From contig JAGVNU010000084.1 in NCBI GenBank assembly GCA_020053105.1, positions 65,133-129,132 of the forward strand: a DNA stretch of 64,000 nucleotides, in the 5' to 3' direction. The DNA comes from Thermodesulfovibrionia bacterium. GTDB taxonomy: Bacteria; Nitrospirota; Thermodesulfovibrionia; UBA6902. The notes beneath the pieces were generated by a model. That model was given only the letters and a program-made list of their open reading frames with translations. It searched no databases and was not told where the DNA came from. This document shows, piece by piece, positions 17,637 to 27,144 of the stretch (its first letter is position 1; each line of letters opens with the position of its first letter). Position numbers and translations under genes: made by a program.

Positions 17637-18131
17637 ATGGAAAAGGAAAACATTTTCATTAATCAATCAGTAGCGATCCTCTGCGACGGCAACAATATCG
17701 AGCGGAGCATCCATGAACTCTCTAACTCAAAAAATGCAATGATCAATTTTGATAAGCTGATACCTAAACTGCTTAAGGACCGGGGATTGAACAGGCTGCT
17801 TTATTTCCGGGAAGGCAAGTCCATCTCATCAAAATTCGCTGAAAGGCTGCACGAAAACTATTACGGGTCTGTTATCCCGTGTCACAAGTCTGCGGATATC
17901 CCGCTGTCAATCAAGGCAACACAGCTTGCATCAAAGGTTGATACCATTGTCATCATGTCAGGCGACTCGGATTATGTGGAACTGGTCATTCATCTGAAAG
18001 GGCAGGGGGTCAGGGTTGAAATTGCTGCTGTAAGACAGACAACTGCCAGGATATTAATTGAGGAATCTGACCATTTTCACGAGATAACCAGCGAAGATCT
18101 GTTCATATACAAGACCCCGAGAAAGAAGTAG
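17637..18131 (+). CDS. NYN-domain (LabA/DUF88-like) putative RNase
   Basis: AILCDGNNIE...VIMSGDSDYVELVIHLKGQGVRVEI. The start is 1 nt after the upstream stop. Confidence 0.75.
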   Translation: MEKENIFINQSVAILCDGNNIERSIHELSNSKNAMINFDKLIPKLLKDRGLNRLLYFREGKSISSKFAERLHENYYGSVIPCHKSADIPLSIKATQLASKVDTIVIMSGDSDYVELVIHLKGQGVRVEIAAVRQTTARILIEESDHFHEITSEDLFIYKTPRKK

Positions 18132-18155
18132 GGGCGGGGTCTTCCCGCCCTTTTT
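18131..18155 (+). terminator. intrinsic terminator (GGGCGGG-loop-CCCGCCC plus TTTTT)
   Basis: 7-bp GC stem at 18132-18138 / 18144-18150, followed by a T5 tract directly after the NYN stop. Confidence 0.7.
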
Positions 18156-18190
18156 GAGCGGGGCAAGGCGAGATCTGGGCGAAAGAACAA

Positions 18191-18210
18191 GGGCGAGAAA
18201 ACCTCGCCCC
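18191..18210 (-). terminator. probable terminator hairpin downstream of purB (GGGCGAG/CTCGCCC)
   Basis: On the minus strand the hairpin is followed by the T-rich ttgttctttc. It also belongs to the GGGGCG-type hairpin family. Confidence 0.5.
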
Positions 18211-18261
18211 TACCATCCGTACAATTCAAATATAAATTCAAACCACAATCAATAATTTACC

Positions 18262-19578
18262 CTAACGACCGGCAGACCGTGTTCCGTTGCCAAACACCCG
18301 CTTGTAAATATAATCCACATGCTTTGTATAGAACTTGAAATCAAAGAGGTCATCTATATCTTTGGCAGACAGGTATTTGGTTATCGATGGTTCTTTTTTA
18401 AGAAGGTCCCTGAAAGGCTTTCTCTCTTTCCAGCTCTCCATCGCGGTCTTCTGGACGAGGCTGTAAGCATCCTCCCTGCTCATCCTGTTTTCCGTCAGTT
18501 TTAGAAGGACCCGCTGGGAACAGTAAAGGCCGTAGCTCCTGCCGATGTTTTCCTTCATCCTCTCGGGGTAGACCTGAAGGCCCCTGAGAATTCCCGTCAT
18601 CCTCACGAGCATGTAATTGATCAGGACCGTGCTGTCGGGAATGATGATCCTCTCAACAGATGAATGACTGATGTCGCGTTCATGCCATAAGGGAATATTC
18701 TCCATGGCAGCCATTGCATTGGAGCGCACTACCCTGGAAAGCCCGCTGAGGTTTTCGCTGCCGACGGGATTACGTTTATGCGGCATTGCGGAGGAACCCT
18801 TCTGTCCTTTTTCAAACGGCTCCTCTGCTTCGAGCACTTCGGTCCTCTGAAGGTGCCGGACCTCAACTGACATCTTTTCAATCGCCCCGGCAATGAGCGC
18901 AAGGGTGTTCATGTATTCGGCATGCCTGTCCCTTTGAATGACTTGTGTAACTACGGGATCGGGCTTAAGACCGAGCTTTTTACACACATATTTTTCTATG
19001 GACGTGGGGAGACTTGAAAAAGTCCCGACCGGGCCTGAGAGCTGTCCGTAGCTGATTGTCTCACGGGCTGTCTTCATCCTCACAAGGTTTCGCTTCATCT
19101 CCTCATACCAGAGCGCGAAGGTCAGTCCGAATGTAGTGGGTTCCGCATGAATGCCGTGGCTCCTGCCCATCTGCAGCGTGTCTTTATATTTAAAGGCATT
19201 GGATTTTAAGACCTTCATCAGCTCCTGAATGTTACTTATTATTATGTCTGCCGCTTCCTTCATCAAAAGGGCCAGGGCAGTATCACCTATGTCTGAAGAT
19301 GTCAGGCCCTTATGGATATAACGTGAATCAGGGCCCACATTCTCGGCAACAGAAGTCAGGAATGCAATGACATCGTGTTTGACTGTCTGCTCTATTTCAT
19401 CTATACGATTGATATTGAATTTGGCCCTTTTCCTGATTGTATCGAGACTCTTTTTCGGTATTTCACCCAATTGGGCCCATGCCTCGCATGCCGCGATCTC
19501 AACATCGAGCCATTTGCGGAATTTGTTTTCCGGCTCCCATATCTTTGCCATCTCAGGCCTTGAATAACGTGGTATCAA
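18262..19578 (-). CDS. purB: adenylosuccinate lyase
   Basis: MIPRYSRPEM start and the fumarate-lyase signature GSSAMPHKRNP. Confidence 0.95.
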   Translation of the reverse strand: MIPRYSRPEMAKIWEPENKFRKWLDVEIAACEAWAQLGEIPKKSLDTIRKRAKFNINRIDEIEQTVKHDVIAFLTSVAENVGPDSRYIHKGLTSSDIGDTALALLMKEAADIIISNIQELMKVLKSNAFKYKDTLQMGRSHGIHAEPTTFGLTFALWYEEMKRNLVRMKTARETISYGQLSGPVGTFSSLPTSIEKYVCKKLGLKPDPVVTQVIQRDRHAEYMNTLALIAGAIEKMSVEVRHLQRTEVLEAEEPFEKGQKGSSAMPHKRNPVGSENLSGLSRVVRSNAMAAMENIPLWHERDISHSSVERIIIPDSTVLINYMLVRMTGILRGLQVYPERMKENIGRSYGLYCSQRVLLKLTENRMSREDAYSLVQKTAMESWKERKPFRDLLKKEPSITKYLSAKDIDDLFDFKFYTKHVDYIYKRVFGNGTRSAGR

Positions 19579-19861
19579 ATCGGACCTCCAGTTTTATGTT
19601 TTTGATTCTTTATCTTTAGTTTTTGTTTATTACTTTTCATGCGAGTTACTAATATATCATAAGATCCGCATAACATGCCGTACATATTCAAGAAATTATC
19701 AGAGGTTTTTCCCCTGATGCGTAACTATCCGGAACTATGCAATATTTTGCCTATTGACACCTTCTTGAAATCGCGCTACGATGAAATCAAGAGAGGTAGC
19801 AGGGCGGTAAATAGAAGCCGCCCGCCAGCAGGCCATAAGGCCTGAGAAAGGAGGTCCGATC

Positions 19862-20167
19862 ATGGCAGTCAAACATGTCGACATAAAAGGGTATTGTGAC
19901 TCCCTGTATGGCGAACTCTCCGATATGAAGAACAGGCTCATGGGATTAAGGGGCCAGATCGAAGGGATGGAAGGGAAAAACAGAACTGTGCTCGATCCTC
20001 ATGTAAGACACCTTGATGAACTCATTCAGTCAATAGACTGGAAACTGGAAATATTCGCAAAGTCCTGTCCGGTTGACTGGAGCAAGTTTGGTCTCAAGAG
20101 TGAAACTACTGCGTCTGTTCCCACTACCGATAGAGAAATGCCTGCCGCTGGATACGGCGGTGGATAA
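19862..20167 (+). CDS. hypothetical protein (101 aa)
   Basis: ORF with an aaaggaggt SD, followed by a strong terminator. No motif recognised. Confidence 0.5.
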   Translation: MAVKHVDIKGYCDSLYGELSDMKNRLMGLRGQIEGMEGKNRTVLDPHVRHLDELIQSIDWKLEIFAKSCPVDWSKFGLKSETTASVPTTDREMPAAGYGGG

Positions 20168-20192
20168 GGGAAGTCCGGAAGTAACTATATAA

Positions 20193-20229
20193 CTCCCGTA
20201 GCGGATTAATTCGCTGCGGGAGTTTTTTT
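20193..20229 (+). terminator. intrinsic terminator, possibly bidirectional with nusB
   Basis: Stem ctcccgtagcg / cgctgcgggag with one G-T pair, followed by T7. Confidence 0.65.
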
Positions 20230-20231
20230 AT

Positions 20232-20693
20232 TCAAGGCTTAGCTTTGGTTCGCTTTTCTGATTTGCCCGTCTTTGTTACTGTCTTCCTGTCCCCCATATG
20301 CGCGATCTTGTCCAGTATGCCGTTAATGAATGGCGCGGACTCTTCAGTGGAATATTTTTTGGCAATCTCCAGGGCCTCATTGATTGCAACGGAACTGGGG
20401 ATATCAGTCCTGTAACAAAGTTCGTATGTAGACGCGCGAAGGATGTTTCTGTCAATAATCGCCATTCGTTCGATTGACCAGTTCTCAGCAGCTTTTTTTA
20501 TGATTTCGTCGATCTCTTTTATATGTTTCAGGGTGCTTGCCGCAATATCGCGGGTAAATTCCTTTACATCAGCTTCTTCAGCAATGCCTTCCCAGAATTC
20601 ATTCCAGACCTCTTCGGTAAATGCCTTGCCGGTCATGTCAAGTTGAAACAGTATCTGCAGGGCGTATTCCCTTGATCGGCGTCGTTTAGTCAT
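20232..20693 (-). CDS. nusB: transcription antitermination factor NusB
   Basis: RRRSREYALQILFQ start, a typical NusB fold sequence, and position downstream of ribH as in many bacteria. Confidence 0.9.
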   Translation of the reverse strand: MTKRRRSREYALQILFQLDMTGKAFTEEVWNEFWEGIAEEADVKEFTRDIAASTLKHIKEIDEIIKKAAENWSIERMAIIDRNILRASTYELCYRTDIPSSVAINEALEIAKKYSTEESAPFINGILDKIAHMGDRKTVTKTGKSEKRTKAKP

Positions 20694-20707
20694 ATAATAA
20701 AGCAGGT

Positions 20708-20748
20708 GCGATTCATGCCTGTGCCCTTTAGGGTAAATCGCCCCTGCA
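20708..20748. repeat. REP-like hairpin element in the ribH-nusB intercistronic spacer
   Basis: gcgattcatgcctgtgccctttagggtaaatcgcccctgcag. About 90 percent identical to 42709-42749, which lies inside purL. Confidence 0.55.
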
Positions 20749-20765
20749 GGTCCGTATATTTAATT

Positions 20766-21227
20766 TCATAATTTTTTTAACAGCTGCGCCATTTCAATGG
20801 CCACCATTGCTGCGTCCCATCCCTTGTTGCCGCTTTTGGTCCCTGCTCTCTCAACGGCCTGCTCGATTGTGTCTGTGGTCAATACGCCGAATGCGATCGG
20901 GACGCCTGTGTCCATAGAGGCGGCGGCGATCCCTTTTGCTGCTTCAGCGGCGACGTAATCAAAATGGGGCGTGGCCCCACGGATAACGGTCCCCAGACAT
21001 ATAACGGCATCGTGTGATTTTTTCCCTGCCACTATCTTGGCAGCAAGCGGGATCTCAAATGAGCCGGGGACCTTTATTACATCTATATCCTGGTCTGCCG
21101 CGCCATGCCTTATAAGCGCGTCAACCGCGCCGTCCAGAAGTTTGCCGGTGATAAAATCGTTAAAACGGCTTATAATGATAGCGAATTTAAGACCTTTTGC
21201 CTGAAGCTCTCCCTCAAATTTTTTCAT
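20766..21227 (-). CDS. ribH: 6,7-dimethyl-8-ribityllumazine synthase
   Basis: FAIIISRFN...VPGSFEIP...GTKSGNKG, 153 aa. Confidence 0.95.
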   Translation of the reverse strand: MKKFEGELQAKGLKFAIIISRFNDFITGKLLDGAVDALIRHGAADQDIDVIKVPGSFEIPLAAKIVAGKKSHDAVICLGTVIRGATPHFDYVAAEAAKGIAAASMDTGVPIAFGVLTTDTIEQAVERAGTKSGNKGWDAAMVAIEMAQLLKKL

Positions 21228-21247
21228 TTTCCCTCCTGAAATTGTAA

Positions 21248-21270
21248 GGGCGGGGTCACCCCGCCCCTAC
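21248..21270. repeat. REP-like hairpin GGGCGGGG-tca-CCCCGCCC(ctac) between ribBA and ribH
   Basis: 8-bp GC stem in an intercistronic position. It has the same GTAGGGGCG-type end as the other copies. Confidence 0.55.
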
Positions 21271-21278
21271 AGAAATTT

Positions 21279-22526
21279 TTACACTTCCTCAAGCATGTGA
21301 CCGAGTTTTTTCTTTTTTACGGAAAGATATTTAATGTTTTTTTCATGGGGCTTGATTTCGATAGGCACTCTCTCAACGATCTTTAAGCCGTACCCCTCCA
21401 GGCCTATAAGTTTTTTTGGATTATTGGTCATCAGGCGCATCTTTCGCACGCCGAGTTCCACAAGTATCTGAGCGCCTATCCCGTAATCCCTTAAGTCAGC
21501 CTTAAACCCGAGTTTAACATTGGCCTCCACAGTGTCCAGTCCCTCGTCCTGGAGCGCGTAGGCCTTTAATTTATTGACAAGCCCTATACCCCTTCCTTCC
21601 TGCCTCATGTAAAGGATTACACCCTTGCCCTCATTCTTGATCATGGTCATTGCCTTATGGAGCTGCGAGCCGCAATCACACCTTCTTGATCCAAAGACAT
21701 CTCCTGTCAGACATTCGGAATGGACCCTGACAAGGATATCTTCATCAGCTGAGATGTCCCCTTTAACCAGCGCGATATTCAAGGAATCATCGACTAAATT
21801 TCCAAAGACCATTGCAGTAAATTCACCGCCGGAGGCAGTGGGTATGGTTGTTGTCGCCAGCCTGCTTACAAGGCATTCGTTCTGCATCCTGTATTGAATC
21901 AGGTCTTTGATCGTGACCATTTTCAACCCGTGTTTGCGGGCAAACGTTGCAAGCTGCGGCACCCGCGCCATGGTCCCGTCGTCATTCATTATCTCGCATA
22001 TGACACCGGCGGGATTAAGGCCGGCCAGCCTTGACAGGTCCACTGAGCCCTCAGTCTGTCCAGCGCGCTGGAGCACTCCGCCGGGCTGAGCCCGCAGCGG
22101 AAATATATGCCCGGGCCGGGCGATGTCATCAGGTTTTGATTTCGGGTGAATAGCGGTTTTTATGGTCTTTGCCCTGTCAGCAGCAGAGATCCCTGTTGTG
22201 ACGCCGCGCTTTGCCTCTATTGATATGGTAAAGGCAGTGCCGAAACGTGATGTATTCAAGTCAGCCATCATGGGAAGCTTAAGATGCTCTACCCTCTCCG
22301 GGGTCAATGAAAGACATATCAGCCCTCTGCCGTATTTGGCCATAAAGTTGATTGCCTCAGGGGTAATTTTCTCAGCCGCTATCGTGAGGTCCCCCTCGTT
22401 CTCCCTGTCCTCGTCATCAATGAGGATGACCATCCTGCCTTCTTTTATATCGTCGATGGCCTCTTTTATTGTGTTGAATTTAAATTTTGCAGCGGTCTTT
22501 GGTGACTTCGTCTGTTTTTTACTCAT
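21279..22526 (-). CDS. ribBA: bifunctional 3,4-dihydroxy-2-butanone-4-phosphate synthase / GTP cyclohydrolase II
   Basis: [11 protein letters not shown] (RibB) and [21 protein letters not shown] (RibA zinc site). Confidence 0.95.
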   Translation of the reverse strand: MSKKQTKSPKTAAKFKFNTIKEAIDDIKEGRMVILIDDEDRENEGDLTIAAEKITPEAINFMAKYGRGLICLSLTPERVEHLKLPMMADLNTSRFGTAFTISIEAKRGVTTGISAADRAKTIKTAIHPKSKPDDIARPGHIFPLRAQPGGVLQRAGQTEGSVDLSRLAGLNPAGVICEIMNDDGTMARVPQLATFARKHGLKMVTIKDLIQYRMQNECLVSRLATTTIPTASGGEFTAMVFGNLVDDSLNIALVKGDISADEDILVRVHSECLTGDVFGSRRCDCGSQLHKAMTMIKNEGKGVILYMRQEGRGIGLVNKLKAYALQDEGLDTVEANVKLGFKADLRDYGIGAQILVELGVRKMRLMTNNPKKLIGLEGYGLKIVERVPIEIKPHEKNIKYLSVKKKKLGHMLEEV

Positions 22527-23157
22527 CTATAAAACCTTTCTCTTTGAGCAGTCCCATGAGATTAGAATCAGGGTCCTTTTTGCCCAGAAATTTCTCAACA
22601 TATTTCCCTATTATGTCCGCTTCGAGATTGACCCTGTCGCCGATGCCTTTGCCCCCGAGGTTTGTAGCAGCTGCGGTATGCGGGATAATGGCAACTCTGA
22701 ATGACCCGTGGTCCAGATCAACAACGGTAAGACTTATGCCGTCGATTGCAACGGAACCCTTTTTGACGATGTACTTTAGTATTTCCGCAGGCGCCTCAAA
22801 TGTATAAAATGTATATTCCCCGGCCTGCTGCCTGTTTCTTATAGTGCCGATGCCGTCTACATGCCCTGTGACGAGATGCCCGCCGAGACGGTCGTTTAAC
22901 CTTAATGCCCGTTCCAGATTTATTTTATCGCTGATTTTTAATTTCCCGAGATTGGTGCTTCGTAAAGTCTCAGGCGACACGTCAAAGGAAATGTCCCCGT
23001 TGTGCTTTGTGACCGTTAAACATACGCCGTTTACAGAAACGCTGTCGCCCAGGCGCACCTCAAATTCAGACAAAGGCTTTACAGACAGACTGCAGCCGTT
23101 ACCTGTATTTCTGACATCAGTTACTGCGCCGAATGTTTCAACGAGACCAGTAAACAT
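22519..23157 (-). CDS. ribE: riboflavin synthase alpha chain
   Basis: MFTGLVE start and duplicated lumazine-binding repeats ([13 protein letters not shown] / [12 protein letters not shown]). Confidence 0.9.
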   Translation of the reverse strand: MFTGLVETFGAVTDVRNTGNGCSLSVKPLSEFEVRLGDSVSVNGVCLTVTKHNGDISFDVSPETLRSTNLGKLKISDKINLERALRLNDRLGGHLVTGHVDGIGTIRNRQQAGEYTFYTFEAPAEILKYIVKKGSVAIDGISLTVVDLDHGSFRVAIIPHTAAATNLGGKGIGDRVNLEADIIGKYVEKFLGKKDPDSNLMGLLKEKGFIDE

Positions 23158-23333
23158 ATTAACCCAAAAAAGTATTTAACATAATGCGGATGTTGGAAAA
23201 TAATTTATTTTTCGATTCCTTAAACGCATTCTCAATCAAGGTTATTATAGATATTTTCATTCAAAGACATATGCATAATTGATTATTAATTCATCGAGTT
23301 AAATAATTTATTTTTCAATGTCTGCATTATTGA

Positions 23334-24044
23334 TTAATGAATCAGTTTCCCTAACCTGTTCCACCTGACCTGGTTTAAAAGCTTCCCCTCGTTGTCCCAG
23401 GACCAGTACATAATAAATGCCTTTCCCTTGACTTCATCCAGGCTTACAACGCCCCAGAAGCGGCTGTCATAGCTCTGGTCCCGGTTGTCTCCCATTGCGA
23501 AGAAGTTTCCGCGGGGGACTGTAAAGGGACCGAAATTGTCACGAGGGGGGCCCTCAACTGTAAGATCATTATGTATGGTGTAAGGCTCATCGAGGGGGAT
23601 GCCGTTTACGTATACTCTTTTATCCCTTACCTCTATCTTGTCTCCCCCTACAGCTATGACCCTTTTAATAAAATCCTTGCAATCGTCCTTGAACAGATAG
23701 AAAGGGTTGCCGCTGCTCCACGCATTGCTTACCCTGGTTGAAATATTTTTGGAAATGCTTGTACATTCTTCCTGCTCCTTGTTCCTGGGAAAAGAGAACA
23801 CGACAACATCCCCTCTTTTGGGCTGGTTGAAGATCAGCACTCTGCTGTCTGTAAAGGGCACTTGTATTCCATAAGTGAATTTGTTTACAAGGATGTGGTC
23901 GCCTACCAGCAATGTAGGTATCATTGAGCCTGAAGGGATTTTAAAGGCCTGCACCACAAAGGCCCTTATCAGGAGCGCCAGAAACACGGCAATGACAATA
24001 GCCTCAATATATTCCCTTAACTTGGATTTTCTTTTAACGGCCAA
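23334..24044 (-). CDS. lepB: signal peptidase I
   Basis: Catalytic Ser box PSGSMIPTL, Lys box KRVIAVGGD, and GDNRDQSYDSR. Confidence 0.9.
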   Translation of the reverse strand: MAVKRKSKLREYIEAIVIAVFLALLIRAFVVQAFKIPSGSMIPTLLVGDHILVNKFTYGIQVPFTDSRVLIFNQPKRGDVVVFSFPRNKEQEECTSISKNISTRVSNAWSSGNPFYLFKDDCKDFIKRVIAVGGDKIEVRDKRVYVNGIPLDEPYTIHNDLTVEGPPRDNFGPFTVPRGNFFAMGDNRDQSYDSRFWGVVSLDEVKGKAFIMYWSWDNEGKLLNQVRWNRLGKLIH

Positions 24045-24056
24045 TCTTGCTCTCCT

Positions 24057-25850
24057 TCATTTTACCTTCAGGACTGCCAGAAAAGCCTCCTGCGGGATTT
24101 CAACTCTGCCGACCATCTTCATACGGCGCTTCCCCTCCTTCTGCTTTTCAAGGAGCTTCCTTTTCCTGGTTATGTCTCCACCGTAACATTTTGCAAGGAC
24201 ATTTTTCCTGATTGCTTTAATAGTTTCCCTTGCAATGATTTTACTCCCGATGGAGGCCTGAATTATAACTTCAAATTGTTGTCTCGGGATAACTTCCCTC
24301 AATTTTTCAGCAACCTGCTTGCCCTTATAATAAGCATTGTCTTTGTGAACAATCAATGAAAGGGCGTCAACCGGCTCTCCATTGAGCAGGATATCAAGCT
24401 TGATGAGTTTTGACTCCCTGTATCCGATAAACTCGTAATCCATAGAGGCATAGCCGCTTGACGAGGATTTTAGTTTATCATAAAAGTCCCACAAAATCTC
24501 ATTTAATGGCAGCTCATATGTCACTATAATCCTGTCTTTGCCTATATAATTAAAGTCTTTTTGGACGCCCCGTCTTTCCTGGCAGAGGTCAAGGATCGGG
24601 CCGATATATTTTGAGGGCACAAAAACAGAGGTAGTTACAAAAGGCTCTTCAATCCTGTCATATTTGTCCGGCAGTTTTGCAGGGCTGTCTATAAATAATT
24701 CGCTCCCGTCAGTCAGGATGATCCTGTAAACAACGGTAGGCGCGGTATTCACAAGGTTCAGCTGGAACTCCCTCTCAAGACGTTCCTTGATTATCTCCAT
24801 GTGCAGCAGGCCGAGAAAACCGCAGCGGAAGCCGAATCCCAAGGCAGTTGATGACTCAGGTTCAAACTTGAAAGACGAGTCATTGAGACTGAGTTTCCCC
24901 AGCGCATCTTTCAGGTCTGCGTACTGATTGGTTTCTACGGGATACAGGCCCGAAAATACCATGGGCTTTATGTCCTTGTAACCGGGACACGGCTCGGAGG
25001 CCGGATTTTCTGCGTTAGTGATTGTGTCCCCGACCTTTGAATCTGATACATTTCGTATGGCTCCGGTTATATAACCGACTTCGCCGGCTTTAAGCACGTC
25101 AACCGGTTTCTTGGCCGGAGTAAATATGCCGACCTCCTGTACTTCATAAGTTGTATTGGTTGCCATGAAAAGGATCTTAGTGCCCTTGCGGACCTCTCCG
25201 TCAAAAAGCCGGACAAGCACTATGACCCCCTGATAGTTATCAAACCATGAGTCAAAGATCAGGGCCTTCAGGGGAAGATCGCTGCTGCCTACCGGGGGCG
25301 GGACTTTTTTTACAATCGCCTCCAGGACATCCCTGATCCCTGTACCCTCTTTGGCGGAAGTAAGCAGCACATCGCTGCAGTCAATGCCGATAGTCTCTTC
25401 TATGTCCGCCTTTACCCTGTCGGGTTCAGCGCCCGGAAGATCGATCTTGTTTATGACCGGGATTAACTCAAGATTATGATCAAGCGCCAGATAGGTATTG
25501 GCCAGGGTCTGCGCCTCAACTCCCTGAGATGCATCAACTATAAGAATGGCCCCTTCACATGATGCCAGGCTTCTTGACACTTCATAGGAAAAATCAACGT
25601 GCCCCGGCGTGTCAATGAGGTTAAGGATATAGTCCTGTCCGTCCAATGCCGTGTAATTAAGCCTGACCGCGTGGGCCTTTATGGTAATGCCGCGCTCCTG
25701 CTCAAGGTCCATGGAATCCAGCACCTGATTAGTGGTCATCTCCCTTTGCGTCAGCGCTCCGGTCAATTCAAGAATGCGGTCTGCAAGCGTGGATTTGCCG
25801 TGGTCAATGTGGGCGATTATGGAAAAGTTTCTGATGTTACTTCCGGGCAT
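24057..25850 (-). CDS. lepA: elongation factor 4
   Basis: [28 protein letters not shown] and the LepA C-terminal domain. Confidence 0.95.
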   Translation of the reverse strand: MPGSNIRNFSIIAHIDHGKSTLADRILELTGALTQREMTTNQVLDSMDLEQERGITIKAHAVRLNYTALDGQDYILNLIDTPGHVDFSYEVSRSLASCEGAILIVDASQGVEAQTLANTYLALDHNLELIPVINKIDLPGAEPDRVKADIEETIGIDCSDVLLTSAKEGTGIRDVLEAIVKKVPPPVGSSDLPLKALIFDSWFDNYQGVIVLVRLFDGEVRKGTKILFMATNTTYEVQEVGIFTPAKKPVDVLKAGEVGYITGAIRNVSDSKVGDTITNAENPASEPCPGYKDIKPMVFSGLYPVETNQYADLKDALGKLSLNDSSFKFEPESSTALGFGFRCGFLGLLHMEIIKERLEREFQLNLVNTAPTVVYRIILTDGSELFIDSPAKLPDKYDRIEEPFVTTSVFVPSKYIGPILDLCQERRGVQKDFNYIGKDRIIVTYELPLNEILWDFYDKLKSSSSGYASMDYEFIGYRESKLIKLDILLNGEPVDALSLIVHKDNAYYKGKQVAEKLREVIPRQQFEVIIQASIGSKIIARETIKAIRKNVLAKCYGGDITRKRKLLEKQKEGKRRMKMVGRVEIPQEAFLAVLKVK

Positions 25851-25854
25851 GATG

Positions 25855-26850
25855 TTATGAGGCCTTTTGGTCGGAAACTCCAGCTAAACTACTAAAGAGA
25901 AGCCCGGCAGCTCCTATTGAACCCCCGTTCTTTGATAGTGTGCTCTTGAGGATCTTTACATCTGTTGAAAGAAGTTTGAAGGCCCTTTTTTGTGCTTCCT
26001 TTGATAATTCTTCAATAAACATGTCCCATCCGCCTATAAGGCCGCCGCCGATGATTACAGCATCTATACCCAGAAGATTTATGAGGTTGGCGATGCCGAT
26101 GCCGAGAAACTGACCGACTTCTCTGAAGATCTCCCTGCTGAGGCTGTCTCCGTCGAGCGCTTTCTCAAATACAATTTCCGGGGTTATTTTATAAATATTG
26201 CCGTCACAGCATTTTGAGAGCAGGCTTTCAGTGCCTTTTTCCAGAGAAGATATGGCCCTGTCCACAATGGCCCGTCCCGAGGCGTAAGATTCAAGACACC
26301 CGGAGCTTCCGCAGGTACAATAACGGCCGCTGGGCACAATAGTCATGTGGCCCACTTCCATCGGGCCTTCATATAAGCGGCCCTTGTAAATAAGTCCGCC
26401 ACCCAGCCCTGTCCCTAATGTAAGGACAATAAAGTTGTCCAGGCCTTTTCCCGCTCCGACCCATTTTTCTCCATATGCGTATGCATTGGCGTCGTTCTCG
26501 ACTGTGACCGGCAGTGAAAATTCCTTTTCAAAGAGTTCCTTCAGCGCTATACCGTTTATTGCGGGCATATTGGGGGACTGTATTATTCTGCCGAGCTTCC
26601 TGTCTATGAGCCCGGCAACGCCGATACCTATGCCTGAAATTTCTGAAGCTTCTGAAATTACTTTTTTTGCGGACGGCTCATTAAGAAAGTCTTTCAAATT
26701 ATTAACTAACTGATTTTGAATCTTGTCCTTGTTTTTTTCCATCACGGCAGGTGTCGGGTTTTTGCTGCTTAACAATATCTCCCCGTTTTCAGAGGCAATG
26801 ATTGTCTTTGTATTTGTGCCGCCTATATCCAGGCCGATGGCAATTTTCAT
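25855..26850 (-). CDS. ROK-family glucokinase
   Basis: [12 protein letters not shown] motif and the ROK zinc motif [15 protein letters not shown]. Confidence 0.85.
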   Translation of the reverse strand: MKIAIGLDIGGTNTKTIIASENGEILLSSKNPTPAVMEKNKDKIQNQLVNNLKDFLNEPSAKKVISEASEISGIGIGVAGLIDRKLGRIIQSPNMPAINGIALKELFEKEFSLPVTVENDANAYAYGEKWVGAGKGLDNFIVLTLGTGLGGGLIYKGRLYEGPMEVGHMTIVPSGRYCTCGSSGCLESYASGRAIVDRAISSLEKGTESLLSKCCDGNIYKITPEIVFEKALDGDSLSREIFREVGQFLGIGIANLINLLGIDAVIIGGGLIGGWDMFIEELSKEAQKRAFKLLSTDVKILKSTLSKNGGSIGAAGLLFSSLAGVSDQKAS

Positions 26851-27144
26851 AGCTAATTTTACCCCAATGAATTTAGATGGTTACCCCGAACACTTATTTA
26901 ACATAATGCAGGCGTTGGGAAATAATCAGTAATTAAAATAGTGCTGATTATTTATTAATGTATGCATTATTTTAAATAGATCTTCAGTGTTAAGATAAAA
27001 TCTTATCTTAACTAGACTAAATATTATCACAATCTATAGTTTGTGTAAAGCAAAGATGGGATGATTCGCAGAGAACATATTGAACAATTTGATGAAATAG
27101 TTATTTAATGGTATCAGTTTAAATACAAAAATTGGTCGCTGATG

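Noticed and set aside
23158-23333. An FMN riboswitch upstream of ribE.
   Set aside because: The 176-nt leader is AT-rich. It lacks the conserved FMN-element core, with no GGAUUC...CCGACGG-like blocks on the minus strand.
26989-27012. AT-rich 9-bp hairpin gttaagata-aaatct-tatcttaac in the ABC-permease / ROK intergenic region.
   Set aside because: There is no flanking U-tract on either strand and it is not repeated elsewhere in the window. That is too weak to call a terminator or an element.
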